Positions 1 through 13,812 of a stretch of 64,000 nt of DNA are shown piece after piece. The notes under the pieces were generated by a model that was not told the origin of the DNA, made no database searches, and worked only from the letters and a program-made list of their open reading frames with translations. Origin of the DNA: Octopus vulgaris (Eukaryota). The DNA is taken from contig OX597836.1 in NCBI GenBank assembly GCA_951406725.2, forward strand, positions 49,352,001-49,416,000, given 5' to 3'. Position 1 is the stretch's first letter. Each line of letters opens with the position of its first letter. The position numbers and the translations under genes are program-made.

Positions 1-1084
1 GTAAACTAAATTTGTTTGTGGTATTTACATCCACTCATTTTCTTCATCTGTTTAGGCTCAGTAAACTAGTACCAATATACGAAAATAAAACAAAAATGCC
101 ATCTCTACAAATTATTGACCTTTGCACTCATATTGATCTTTTTGTTACCAAATTTCTATTGATATCTACGGAATCAAATAATTTAGAAAATAATAAAGAA
201 TTTAATAAAATAATTTAATGAAATCTTAAGCTGGAGTTTGGGACATAAATTAACACGGAATTTTGATGGAAGAAGGTTTTAATTTGAAATGAGAAGTTTG
301 TATGACACACCTTGAGGTAGTTTCAAGTGAGTTGGTATCAAAAGGTTAAGTACCATTAATAAAATCTCAACTAGTGAACCAGAGAGGGTACACATCCATA
401 GACAAATCTGTATTGACATACTTGATGGGTGGAACGTAAAAAATGAATGAGAAATAATTATGCTGCAGGAGGTGAGGATATTAACCAATGACTGTTGTAG
501 TTTGAATTATTTTGGTAAACACCAGAGACATAAGGAAAATGCATTGTTCCATACCATTATCAAATACAAAACAAATAAGCACCAAATCTGACAATCCTGG
601 ACCTTGCTGTCATCCCTTCTGGAAGTGATCTGTGTTTTTGAAACAGTTTTCCTTCTCTATCATCTTGACTCTCAAGAGTCGTCTTTTAGAATGTCTGAAA
701 GCTGCTTCCAATAAGAATTGATCCTTTTGGTTCTGATTATAGTTTGGATATGATGGGAATTATAAGTTTCCAAAGGCAGGAGTGACCTCCCAGCTCATAT
801 ACAGTCTGTTATAAACTTTTTCACTGACTTTTGTCTCAAATATTAATCATTCAAATGCTTTCAGTGCAGCATCCACATCTAATAATAATAATAAATTTGT
901 GTAATTGTTTGCTGCCACAGTCTTGAGGCCATGTGAAGGCAGGAAGCTGTCAAACAGCAAATAGTGTGTGAGTGAGTGGTAGCAAATATATATATGCATA
1001 TTATACATGCTGATACATAGATGCGGACACACATTTGCAGACATATGCATAGACACATACATCCATACATGTATTCATACACAT

Positions 1085-1265
1085 ACACATATATAAATGC
1101 ATGTATGACTGAGTGGTTACAGAATTGGCTATGGAATTGCATGCTCTGATATTTCTGTCTCAAATAATGGCTCCTTGGGCAAGTGCTTTCACTGTAGCTT
1201 TGAATCAACCAATACCTCCTGAGTGGAATTAGCAGACAAATACTTTTTGGAAGTCTGTTGTATGT
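1085..1265 (+). mobile_element. Decayed tRNA-derived SINE, 5' half (family S2)
   Basis: tgactgagtggtt...ctccttgggcaagtgctttcactgtagc...cctcctgagtggaattagcagac aligns loosely with the better-preserved S2 copies at 36267 and 48704. Confidence 0.45.
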
Positions 1266-1596
1266 ACACATACATACACCCATATATATATATATGTATA
1301 TATATCTGTATGTGTATGTATGAAAGAATGAAACGTCTATCTAATTTACATTCATTTTAGTTTTAATACTGTATATTATACGGCATAGAAAGATATTTTC
1401 AAAAGCAAATAATAAAGATTCAATATTTCATGTATACATATTTAATGTCTAAGTATTCAATGCTAGCATGAACTGATTTAGAGGCAGGAATTTACAGCTG
1501 GAAAGTCTTCTTCTTGACAACCTTCACCTGTTTTCAGGTATACTATTATATATATATATATATATAATATATGAGACAGCATATTATATCTTTGCA

Positions 1597-1873
1597 GTGA
1601 AGGCACATAGCTCAGTGGTTAGTGTAACAGGCTTACAATCGTGAGATTATGAGTTCAGTTTGGCTGTGTGTTGTGTTCTTGAGCAAGACAGTTTATTTCA
1701 TATTGCCAAGCTGTATCGGCCCCTTTGCCTTTCCCTTGCACATCAGTGGCATGGAGAAGGGAGAGGAGTATGCATGGGTGACTGCTGGTCTTCCACAAAC
1801 AACCTCACCCAGACTTGTACCTCGGAGGGGAACTCTCTAGGTATAATCCTATGGTCATCCGTGACTGAAGGGA
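1597..1873 (+). mobile_element. tRNA-derived SINE (separate family)
   Basis: A-box-like tagctcagtggtt and B-box-like gagttcagtt, followed by ttgtgttcttgagcaagaca, typical of tRNA-SINE bodies. Confidence 0.6.
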
Positions 1874-2279
1874 TTCAAGGAAATATCTATGTTATTTAGT
1901 GTAGAAAATGTTTTCAAAAAGTAAAGAAAGTATCCTATGGAAACAGATTTGCGATTCTCTCCAATTGTCAAGATGCGTGATGACATTGGCACCCCAATAT
2001 CTTTATGTAAACAACTAAATAAATGTTGAATCTGGTGGGGAGAGGGAGGGCCTAAATTTGCCCTCAAAATCTTCTGGAACAAAATCTTTTGCCTGCAGCA
2101 CTCCACCATCTTAAAACAATGAAAACAAAAACAATTTCATAGATAGCCTGTGAAAATAAAATGGGATGGTCATAGCTAGAGTGCCTTTGATCAAAAGTTT
2201 GCTAGATTAGAGCTGATGGGGGAATATATCTGCCACCAAAATCTGTGGTTCTCTGCCCCTTTTTTAATTAAGGTTTTAT

Positions 2280-3775
2280 TAAGATGGTAGAATCATTAGG
2301 ACAGTGGAGCAACATTTTGTCTGTCTTAACGTTCTGAGTTCAAATTCCACTGAGGTCAGCTTAGCCTTTCATCCTTTCAGGGTTAATAAAATAAGTACCA
2401 GTTGACAACTGGGGATTAATGTAATCGACTAGTTCCCCTCCCCCAAATTTCAGGCCTTGTACCTTTAGTAGAAAGGATTATTATTATTATTAAGGCAGTG
2501 AGCTGGTAGAATTGGTGCATTGGACAAAGTACTAAGCAGTATTGCTTCTAGTTTTTTAGATTCTGAGTTCAAAGCTGATAATACCAGTCATGTGCTGGGG
2601 TTCATGTAATAGACTAACCCCTTCTCATTTTGTTGGCCTTGTACCAAAAATTTGAAACATTATTATTATTATTATTATTATTACAAAGGTTTTGGTTGAC
2701 AGAATGTGGGTGTATTTGTGGTCCTTTGCTATCAAAGTTCAAATCTTGCCCTGGTCAACTTTGCCTTTCATCTTTCCTGAGCCAAGTTAATTGACCAGCC
2801 TCCTCTACAAAATCTCAGGATTTCAGCCTATATTATTAAAAAAAAACTATCACATTATAACGATAATAATAATAATTATTGTTATTATTATTATTATTAT
2901 TATTGTTATTGTGGCTGGTGCCAAACACAATCTCGACTGTTGCTAGTTCATTCCAAGGTCTAAATCTCAGGGTTTCCACTCCTTAACACACATGAATGCC
3001 ACCAACTCTTATCTCGCACCCACATTCCCTTTAGCAAAAACAAAACAAAATAAAAACTATCTCAGGGTTCATATCTATGCAAGAAAGTGTTTATTTTTTA
3101 GTTACCAGATGTTAGTGGTTGTTGATGTATCATTATCTTTTTGAATATATTTTAATTCCCACTTGAATCCAATCAGCAATTTGCACCCCAACTTTACTGG
3201 GTTGGTAAAATGAATCACCAGTCAAGAGCCATGATTATGTAATTATTCAACACCCTCTTTTAAAAAATTGCTGTCCTTGTGCTTAAATCAAAAACCCTCA
3301 TTATCATCATCATTATTATTATTATTATTATTATAAGGCAGTGTTGCTGGTAGAACTATTCACACACTGGACAAAATGCCTAGCAGCATTCTTAAGTTCA
3401 AATTCTGCTGAGGTCAGTTTCACCTTTTATCCTTTCAGGGTTCATAAAAATAAGTACCAGTTAACAACTGGGGGGGGGTTGATGTGATCAACCCACCCCC
3501 TTCTCTAAAAAACTGCTGGTCTTGTGCCAAAATTAGAAACAATTGTTATTATTATTTGTAGACTAATTATTATTAAGGCAACGAACTGGCAGGGTCATTA
3601 GCACGTTGGGCAAATGCTTAGCGGCATTTTATTATAAGTTCAAATCCCCGCAAGGTTGACTTTACCTTTCATCCTTCTGGGTCAATAAAATAAGTACCAG
3701 TTGGATATTGGGGTCAATGTAATCAATTTATCCCCTCCCCCAATATTAATGGCCTTGTGCCAAAATTTGAAATCA
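2280..3775 (+). mobile_element. Head-to-tail array of ~6 SINE copies (family S1) separated by (TTA)n
   Basis: Repeated aaggc..gagctgg.agaat...ttctgagttcaaattc...gcctttcatcctt.....ggt..ataaaataagtaccag...ggccttgt starting near 2280, 2492, 2687, 3335 and 3575, plus a partial copy near 3180. Confidence 0.8.
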
Positions 3776-3832
3776 TTATCATCATCATCATCATCATCAT
3801 CATCATTATTCATCATCATCATCATCATCATT

Positions 3833-4378
3833 TAGCGTCCGTTTTCCATGCTAGCATGGGTTGGACGGTTCAACTGGGGTCTGGGGAGCCCGAAGGCTGC
3901 ACCAGGCCAGTCAGATCTGGCAGTGTTTCTACAGCTGGATGCCCTTCCTAACGCCAACCACTCCGAGAGTGTAGTGGGTGATTTTATGTGCCACCGACAC
4001 AGGTGCCAGACGAGGCTGGCGAACGGCCACGCTCAGATGGTGTTTTTATGTGCCACTGACACAGGTGCCAGACGAGGCTGGCAGACGGCCACGCTCGGAT
4101 GGTGTTTTTATGGGCCACGCTCGGATGGTGTTTTTATGTGCCACCGACACAGGTGCCAGACGAGGCTGGCAGACGGCCACGCTCGGATGGTGTTTTTATG
4201 TGCCACCGCCACAGGTGCCAGATGAGGCTGGCGGACGGCCACGATCGGATGGTGTTTGTTACGTCCCCAAAGCACGGAGGCCAGTCTATGCGGTACTGGC
4301 TACGGCCACGTTTGGATGATTTTCTTGTGTGCCACCGGCACTGGTACCACAAAGATACAAATTCCATTGATGTTCATC
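3833..4378 (-). mobile_element. SINE family S3 with an RTE-like 3' end and (GAT)n tail
   Basis: Minus strand ends ...gttggcgttaggaagggcatccagctgtagaaa...ccaacccatgctagcatggaaaacggacgctaaa(tga)n; homologous to 13462-13812 and fragments near 6510, 7240 and 29300. Confidence 0.75.
3982..4260. repeat. 62-bp GC-rich tandem repeat (4 units plus a 26-bp partial unit) inside SINE S3
   Basis: Unit ttttatgtgccaccgacacaggtgccagacgaggctggcagacggccacgctcggatggtgt; the atg recurs at 3986, 4048, 4110, 4136 and 4198. Confidence 0.9.
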
Positions 4379-4380
4379 TA

Positions 4381-4435
<55 letters not shown>

Positions 4436-4455
4436 CATTATTATTATTATTGTTG

Positions 4456-4673
4456 AAGGTGGCATGCTGGCAGAATCATTAGCACACTGGGTGAAATGCT
4501 TAGTGGTATTTCACTCATCGCTACGTTCTGAGTTCAAATTTCATCGAGGTCGACTTTGCCTTTCATCTTATCAGGGTCAATAAATTAAGTACCAGTGAAA
4601 CACTGGGGCTGAAGTAAACAACTTGTCTCCTTCCCGCCAAAAAATTGACTGCCCTTGTGGCAAAATTTGAAAA

Positions 4674-4727
<54 letters not shown>

Positions 4728-5420
4728 CATTATTATTAAATGGCAAATGATTGGCTGAATAATGAAAATGTTGACTAAAATTACTTTTGAAGGAATTGTT
4801 TTGTGTTCAAATTCTGCTGAGGTTAACTTAGTCATTCTTCAAAGTTTGATAACCAATCAGGTTTTAACAGTCAGTTTCTACCAAAGCTTGGAATAATTAG
4901 TGCAACTGCACCAAACAAAATGCTTAGCAGCATTCCTTCTGACTTCTTCCATCCTGAGTCATCTACCACTGAGGTCAACTTTGCCAATTGTCGTCTTTTC
5001 GGAGTCAATAAAATAATGTGATCATTGAGCACTCGGGAGCCATGTAGTTGATTGGTGCCCTCCCACCCAAAAAATTTCAGGCCTTGTACTCGTTGAAGAA
5101 AGCATTATTGAGAGGGTGGTGCCTGAAGATAATAGCCAGAACCATTTCAGCAACATCAATTTTATTCTTCATCTTTCTTCATCTTTGCATCAATTTGATT
5201 GACTTAATCTCTCCCACAAAATTTCAGACCTTGTATATATCTTAAAACACATAATTATTAAAGGTATTAAGGGTGCTAAGTAGGGTGGCACACAACATGC
5301 CTTGTGGTGTTTAGTTATGCTTTAGTTCCAGGTTCAAATCTCATTGGAGTTAATTTTGCTTTTCACCCTTCTGGGGTTCAATACAATGAAGTTTCTCTTA
5401 AATTCTTGGGGTGGGAGGCA
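4456..5420 (+). mobile_element. Further S1 SINE copies in array
   Basis: Well-preserved copy at 4456-4674 (gaaggtggc..gctggcagaatcattagcac...gtcgactttgcctttcatc) and decayed copies near 4739, 4890 and 5270. Confidence 0.75.
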
Positions 5421-6049
5421 TCGCTTTAATCAGCTATATTCCTTCTGACCCCAACTTTACTGGGAGTAGGTGCAGGGATTTAGCATAAACCATTTTCTAC
5501 CTCAGGTAAGGGGCCTAACCCCAAAGTTCTGTGTATGTGTGTGGTTGTGGGTGTTTCATGATATGAAAAGAGAGACATATTTCTATCAGACAACTAACTC
5601 AGCTAAACACGCACACACACATGTATAGGTGTGTGTGAGAGAGAAATAGATACACAAACGAATTACTGGAAAGAAACATTTTAAATTGTTTTACATAAAA
5701 AGAATTACAAAAATAAAAAAAATTTCAAATTTTAAAAAAAGCAATATAAAAAAAATTATAATAACAGAAAAATTATATAAAGATATATAAATAAAAAAAA
5801 AATTATATTTAAATTTGAATTTTTCAAAAACAATAGATGTATCAACAACAAAACCACAATCAGTTGCTGCAGTTAATTTATAATCATTAAATTTAGATTT
5901 TAGATATGTATATATATCTGTGTGTGTGTATTTTCGGGTGTACAAAAAAAATGCATGTTAGACTTCGTTGATCTCTTCCCAGTTTACTGTTTTGGTGAAA
6001 GTTTTTAAAACCTTTTGGATACCAACCCATCTGAGATCACCCCCACTTT

Positions 6050-6268
6050 TGAAGTGAGTGAATTTGGTAGCTGGAAACTGAGAGAAGCTCTTCGTATATA
6101 TTATATATGTGTTGGTCTTGTTTGCATCTCCATAACTTAGCAGTTTGGCAAAAGAATAAGTGTCAGGCATAAAAAAAATAATCACTGGAGTTTATTCCTT
6201 CAACTAAAAATTCTTCAAGGTGGTGCCCCAGTATGGCCACAGTCTAATGACTGAAACAAGTAAAAGAG
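6050..6268 (+). mobile_element. S2 SINE 3' part, decayed
   Basis: Ends ggtgccccagtatggccacagtctaatgactgaaacaagtaaaaga, matching the S2 3' end at 36585-36638. Confidence 0.65.
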
Positions 6269-6654
6269 GAAACCTTCCATGAAAATTCTTTTGTATTAAA
6301 TTGCATTCCAAAGACCAGCTTAACCAAAACAAAGGTAGTGGATTCCTACCAAAATATGGTTAGAAAAGGGGTTAAGGGAAGCATGAAGAATGAAATGGAA
6401 ACTTAGAATTCCAACTGATGCAGTAACGTTTCCAATTGAAATAAATAAGCATAACAACCTTACCAGCGATGGTGTCATGAAAAAAGCACTCTCCCCACAC
6501 TGTGAAGTGGTTGGCATTAGGAAAGGCATCCAGCTGTAGAAAACATACCATAGCAGACTTCACTGGTGGTTGACAGATCCTGCCAAACTGCCCAACCCAA
6601 ACCAGAATGGTAAACACATTCAATGACGAAACTATATGTGTGTGTGTATGTATA

Positions 6655-6700
<46 letters not shown>

Positions 6701-6796
6701 CAACACATGCACACATATATATATGTATATATATATATATATATTTAAAGAAGCAATGTAATCTATATTTATATATACAACACATGCACACATATA

Positions 6797-6840
<44 letters not shown>

Positions 6841-7445
6841 AAGAAGCAATGTAATCTATATTTATATATACACATAGCAAACTGTATATATTTATATGAG
6901 ATTGCTTTAATAGCTCAACATACAGACTGTGTCACTTTGGTAATATTTAAATGTTTAACTTTTACACATATTTTCATTGACTCTTTCTCAATTTATTGAG
7001 TACTATTATGACATTGACAATTGTAATTCAGTTAGATATAGCATTGTATATTTTCCAACAGGTAATTGTATATGTTTGGTGGGATGGGCTAAGAAACATT
7101 TACATTTTGTCCTTTGCATGGGCTGAGCTGTGGATGGTGACGTATGTTGACATTATTCCCGTAGACAAATTGCCTCACCGCTTCGAGGTTTTGAAGATGC
7201 ATGGAATAAAAAATTCCTTTATTTTGTAAACAGGTAAGGATTAGTGACAGGAAAGATGTTTGGCTATAAAAAAACAGCACACTGATAATGTGTCCATCTA
7301 ACCCATGCTAGCATGGAAAAATGAATGTGAAAACAACAAACAAAATAACAGCTGACACAGTTTAATTTGGAGTTAGTCTACTTGAGTTTTGATTTAGTAA
7401 ATTCCATGAAAGTTCCATGAAGTTTCTCCAGGGTAATGTTAGTTG

Positions 7446-7559
<114 letters not shown>

Positions 7560-7957
7560 GTGTATGGTATTTGTTGGTGTTTAACTGCATATCAAAGCTA
7601 GTCGATTTATAACATTCCACCCATCTCCCCATGTCCTTCCCTTGGCATAAAGTAGGACTACATTATCCAATGTACATATTTTTATAAGGTAGAAGTGAGT
7701 TGAAGAAAATTTGGGATTTTTAGGAAGTGGTTACATAGGGACTCCCATCATTATATAATTGTGTGTGTGGGTGTATAATTGTGATATTATATCTGTTATC
7801 ATATCTATGTATGTATATATATTTAATGTTCAGTGTTGTTAGTGGTGGGGAGGTCATCTTCTATATTTTGTTGCTAAAACTAAAGGCAGGGATTATTTAT
7901 ATTCATCTTTTGTATAGTTGCCTGTGTTGTATGTGTATATGTGCACAGATATAACTG

Positions 7958-7997
<40 letters not shown>

Positions 7998-8204
7998 TAT
8001 GTATATATAGGTGTATGTATGTATATATATATGTATATATAGGTGTATGTATGTATAAAGCAATGTGTAACCATTGTGTTATTTCATTTCATTCTACTTG
8101 TGCAGGTATGCATCTATGTGCACACACAAAGGTAAGTGTGTATGTGTGTGTGTGTTGTGTATGTTTTATATATACCAGTTACAATCATCATATTTTCTTT
8201 TCAT

Positions 8205-8935
8205 TTATTTTTTTGCCATGGTTACCAGACCTGGTCCAGTGTTCTTCCCTTGTGACCCTTTGTCAACTCCCCTTCATAAGATCCATCTTTTACCATTTCT
8301 TCCCATGTCTTCCTCAGCCTTCTTCCGAGTCCTTCTCCTGGAATCACTATTTCTTTTATCCAGTTGTTCTCCTCCATTCGCATCACATGACCACACCACT
8401 CCACCCTTCTCTCATGTACACTAAATTTCATTCCTTTTATATCTAGAAATTCTCTTAGCCATTTAAATTCAGTTATTCATACACCCTAACTTTATATATG
8501 TTCATCACACTTGTTTCCAGCCTTCCTTAAACACCCCAGTCTTCTACAGAACCATCATACGCCATGCTCTTCATTTAGAAAGGGAATCTCTTTGTTGCTA
8601 TCAGAAATAATAGCTGGTCGCTATTTCCCCCTCAGCAATTTTGTTCCAACCATTCTGCCTTAGGAACACTGTTATTAATTAGTTCACCCAGGTGACCACC
8701 AACCATTTTTGGGAGCCTTCTAAGTATTTGAAGGGATATTTTTTTAAGGTGCTCTCGCTGCTTCTCTCCATCAGCCCGTCTATGATCCCACTGCATCCCT
8801 TGTGGACTTCAGTTTACATTGGGTACCCTATATAAGATTCCAGTTTCCACCTTTACAGCATATCAAGCACTTCCCAAATAGCTGCTATAACTTCTTTCCT
8901 ACCAAAACTTTTGTCATTGCTAAATCAAATGTAAT
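8205..8935 (-). pseudogene. Decayed RTE-clade LINE 3' fragment
   Basis: Minus ORF 8222-8431 RRVEWCGHVMRME..WIKE...GRRLRKTWEEMVKD matches the RTE C-terminal RW.GHV.R...GRP..TW pattern. Confidence 0.7.
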
Positions 8936-10023
8936 AACAACAACAGCAACAATAATAATAATGATAATAATAATAATGGTTTAAAATGTTGGTGTAGGGT
9001 CAGCAATATCAAGAGGAATGGGAAATCAATTGCATCAAGCCCAGAGCTTGGTTTTATTAATCTTGAAAGTGTGAGATTTGAACTCAGAACATAAAGAGCT
9101 GGAATAAATGCTACAAAGCATCTGTTCTTTCAGCTCACCCCACCCCTATAACAACAACAATAATAAAATAATAAAAATAATAATAATGATAATTTCTTCT
9201 GATGAATTACATGATCAGTATTACAGTGACAAGAATAATAGACTGAAAGTACCAGTAATATATTGTGGTTAATGATTATTAACTCACAATATGTGGATAG
9301 GATTTGAACTCATAATTACTGGACATTGGCGAGGATAATAGTAGAAAAATAAGCAAAAAAGGGAAAAAATGTTTAAGACCAGCAATAGATCTATCTTCTG
9401 ACCTTTCTCTGTAATTATAGTGATGGTAGGAATTATGAAAATGGTAATAATAAGGCTAAAAGACTGGAATTGAAATTCCATCCAATATTCTGTCAGAATC
9501 CTAAGAAAGATTCTTGGGATTTGAAGAGATTTGTTGTCACCAAACCTCAAGATTAAATACTTGCCAACTAAATTAATAAAAATGAAAATATTTAATTATT
9601 AGGGATGAATAAGTAAAGTACCTTGATCAAGGTTTCATTGCTCTGTTGATTCCAATGCCATTTCCAGTTTCATTATTTCAGAATTACATAAAATGCACCA
9701 CATGTTGCCAGTACAAAGTTTGGAGGCACCAGCCATAAAGCTGCACAGTGCTTACTTATATATCTTTACCTACCTACCTACCTACCTACCTACCTACCCA
9801 CATACCTACCTACCTACATACATACCTACCTACCCACATACCTACCTACCTACATACATACCTACCTACCTACATATGCACCTTCAGGTGCTTGCTTACT
9901 GTGCAGCCATCTTCTCGGAGGTTTAGACAATTGCAGACATCACATGCAGACATCACATCATTCTCTTCTGTTTCTCCTTTAGATTTATGCTATCTTGTTC
10001 AGCTAATGACAGAGTGACACACG

Positions 10024-10073
<50 letters not shown>

Positions 10074-11409
10074 ACTGCCACTGTCAATGGATTCACAGCT
10101 TGTTTCGATAATGAGTATCCTAGTTACTTGAGCCATACACCTGTCTACTCATCATCTGACTCAAAAACTGGCTGTGTTCTCCTCAGACACTTTGTATCTT
10201 TAACATAAGGTCAGCATAACACAGTGGTATATGACAAGGCCTATTTGTTGTATATGTTGTTCTTAATAAATCATTGAATTGTTGTTTATTAATTAATTAA
10301 ATTGATTTGCCAGAAACACAGTATTTATGCAAATCAGGTTTGCCAGTATAAGAAAACTCTTATTTCTGTTAGCTATAAATAAAAAGTTTCTGTGAACAGT
10401 TGCAGGCACATATTTGGTTTCTAAGGAGATCCCAAAAAGAAGTAAGGCAGGTCAAACTGATCCCTCCTTTTCTGTCTAAATGTGTGTGTGTGTGTATCGG
10501 TTATTTTACAATTCTCTGGGGTATTTAAAATCACACTTATTGTGTTGGGTGAAAATGTGGATTTATTGAGTAAAATGTATTTCATCAAAGTCCCAGAAAA
10601 TAGGACTTAGCCTGTCACTACCCCCAACTCATCCCACCCCTGACCATTTAGCTGGACCTTGTCAAAGTAAATGCAATTGTTTATTGGTAACAAATATATT
10701 TGGTCAGTGACCACAGGTCAAGCAATTCTCCATCATACTTCAACAGAAGATAAATATTTATTGTTACCTATATATGGGCGTGTTTATACACACACACATG
10801 TATATCTTTTATGATCAAGAGCATTCCACTCATGACCATTCCATCAGTTTCCATTATTTATCATGTCCTTCCTATTCTTAAGACAGTAATAGTTGATTTG
10901 AGAGTTGATTTGGTTGCTATTCCTAGCATATATTCCCTCATTTGTGGTTCCTTGTTTCCCTGTTGTTCTTTTTCATTTTGTTTTATGTTGGTTTTTTTTT
11001 GCTTTTATTGTTGATACACAATATATTTTGTAGGGATGACCTTGTGACTGTATGTAGGGGACAACAGGGGTCTTTCATTTATGGGAGAAAAAAACTTGGT
11101 TAGGGAGTTGTGTTTAAGAAAGGAACTCATTCAAAAATATCCCTCTTCCTCTCTTTTTCTCTCCCTCTCACACCCTCCCTCTTTTAGCCTCCTTCTCTTT
11201 CTCTTTCACTCGGTACAAAATGGTACAGAAGCAAAACTAAATCAAATAAACACACTTTCATAAAACTGAAGGTGAACCGTGTTTGGCAGAGGAAAAGAAA
11301 TCACATTTATGTCTTTTCCAAATCTCAAAATGTTTTCAAAATGCTTTTCACTTTTTTATTGTGTGTGTGTGTATGTGTGTATACATATATATGCATATAT
11401 ACTAACATA

Positions 11410-11499
<90 letters not shown>

Positions 11500-12349
11500 A
11501 TATATGTATGTATGTATATATATACATGTATGTGTATGTATGTATATATATTTATTAGGACATTTTTTAAAAATGTGTTTTGTAATTAAACTATTAATTT
11601 CATTAGTAAAAAAAATATGTAAGGTGGTGGGGTTGTAAATAATAATTTCTTCTTCAATGAAATCATTTCGTTTCGTTAGAAAACAAAACAAAAACCTTTT
11701 TTAATCATTTCTTCTTTCAATCTAAAAAAAATAATTATATCAAGGATTGTAAAAAAAAAGATTTAAGAAATTCAAATAAAAACAAAAAATTACATATGAA
11801 TGTATGCAGTGTTATTTTATATATATATATATATATATATATTCATGTCCCACAAGCAATTTGGCTGGATCCATGCTAACGTGGATCAAACGGAATTCGT
11901 TGAGGCCAATTCTATTCAACCAGGTGCCCTTCCTATCACTAACCCTCACCAGTTTCCCAGGAAGGTAATATTTTTCCGTAACCAGACATGTTTGTCTTGG
12001 AAAACTGGAAAATTAACAACCCCACATGTACAACAGTGATGCTCATTTACAACCATTATGTGTTATCTAGAGAAGAGTACACAGAAACACACACACATAC
12101 ATACATACGTAATACATACATCCATACACACACACACACATACATACATACACACACATACATACACACATACATACATACACACATACATACATACACA
12201 CATACATACATACACACATACATACATACACACACCTACACACCTACACATACATACACACACACATACATACATTCATACATTCATACACACATACATA
12301 CATTCATACATACATACATACATACATACATACATACATACATACATAC

Positions 12350-12610
12350 ATACACATTGTGAATGCTCCTGCCATAGAAAGCAGGTGAGCTTTCTGCCAT
12401 TCCCTGAATAAATGGTTTGTTTCTGCTGGGCAAATGTTTCTGCTGTACATCAGTACATTCCCTCCATTGAAGCAAGAATTACCTGTATAGGTGCGTGATG
12501 TGCCACACATCAGGTGTCAAAGTAATCACAGAGCCACGTGAAATGAAGTGTTTTGCCCAAGGACACAACACACTACTGGCTCAGGGATTGAACCAAATTC
12601 CTAACCATTC
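12350..12610 (-). mobile_element. tRNA-derived SINE fragment
   Basis: gtgaaatgaagtgttttgcccaaggacacaac...gggattgaacc is the reverse complement of a B-box plus ttgtgtccttgggcaa body. Confidence 0.55.
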
Positions 12611-12934
12611 TCTCTCTCTCTATATATATACATATACACACATATATACATACATATATATATATGTATATGTATATATTTTCTATGATTGTGTGGGTCA
12701 AGGAAAATTCATTGAAGAAGATTTTCTGTGGCTGGATGCTCTTCCAGTCACCAACCCCCCACCTATTTCCAAATGACCTAATATTTCTTTGTAGTCCTTT
12801 GAATGTCAACAGCACAGTGGTCAGACAAGTTTTCATGGCTTATTGCAAATGAACAATACTGCTTGCATAGCAATGGTGTTTGTTTACAGCTAAAGCAGTA
12901 GACATAAACACACACACAAATATATATATATACA

Positions 12935-13082
12935 ACAAACTTCTTTCAGTTTCCGTCTACCAAATCCACTCACAATACCTTGATCAACCTGACGCTATTG
13001 TAGAAGACGCTGGCCCATGTGTCATTCATTGGGACTGAACCCAGAACCATGTGGCTGGGAAGCAAACTTCTCACACAGCCAG
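12935..13082 (-). mobile_element. S2 SINE 5' half
   Basis: cttctttcagtttccgtctaccaaatccactcac...gggactgaaccc..aaccatgtgg is the reverse complement of the S2 head. Confidence 0.7.
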
Positions 13083-13106
13083 GCCTGCATCTATTTATAC
13101 TTACAC

Positions 13107-13145
<39 letters not shown>

Positions 13146-13148
<3 letters not shown>

Positions 13149-13189
13149 TCATCATTTAGTATCCGTTTTCCATGCTAGCATGGGTTGGA

Positions 13190-13228
<39 letters not shown>

Positions 13229-13294
13229 CATATATATATACATACCCCATTAGAACCGTCCAACCCATGCTAGCATGGAAAACGGACGCTAAAC

Positions 13295-13330
<36 letters not shown>
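13146..13330. repeat. Inverted pair of S3 3' ends around a (TA)n spacer
   Basis: catcatttagtatccgttttccatgctagcatgggttgga versus tccaacccatgctagcatggaaaacggacgctaaacgatgatg. Confidence 0.8.
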
Positions 13331-13461
13331 ATATATATATATATATATAAATAAGAAAATGGAGGAACAAATTCATTTCGATCATCAACTTACAGATAAC
13401 TGATATCCCATAGTGGGTTACCCTCGTAACCCCTATCTTACTTTGTACTATATATATATAT

Positions 13462-13812
13462 CATCATCATCATCATTTAGCATCCGTTTTCCATGCTAGC
13501 ATGGGTTGGACGGTTCAACTGGGGTCTGTGAAGCCAGAAGGCTGCATCAGGCCCAGTCAGATCTGGCAGTGTTTCTACGGCTGGATGCCCTTCCTAATGC
13601 CAACCACTCCGCGAGTGTAGTGGGTGCTTTTTACATGCCACCCGCACAGGTGCCAGACGGTGCTGGCAAACGGCCACGAACGGATGGTGCTTTTACGTGC
13701 CACCGGCACGGAGGCCAGTCGGGGCGGCGCTGGCAACGGCCACAGTCGGATGGTTCACTTACTTGTCACCGGCACTGGTATCACAGCCGCAATTTCCATT
13801 GATGTTGATCGA
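13462..13812 (-). mobile_element. S3 SINE copy
   Basis: Collinear with 3833-4378 but with fewer internal repeat units. Confidence 0.75.

Noticed and set aside
9740-9907. 10-bp inverted repeat gctgcacagt/actgtgcagc flanking (CCTA)n
   Set aside because: Too short to distinguish from chance, and no TSD.
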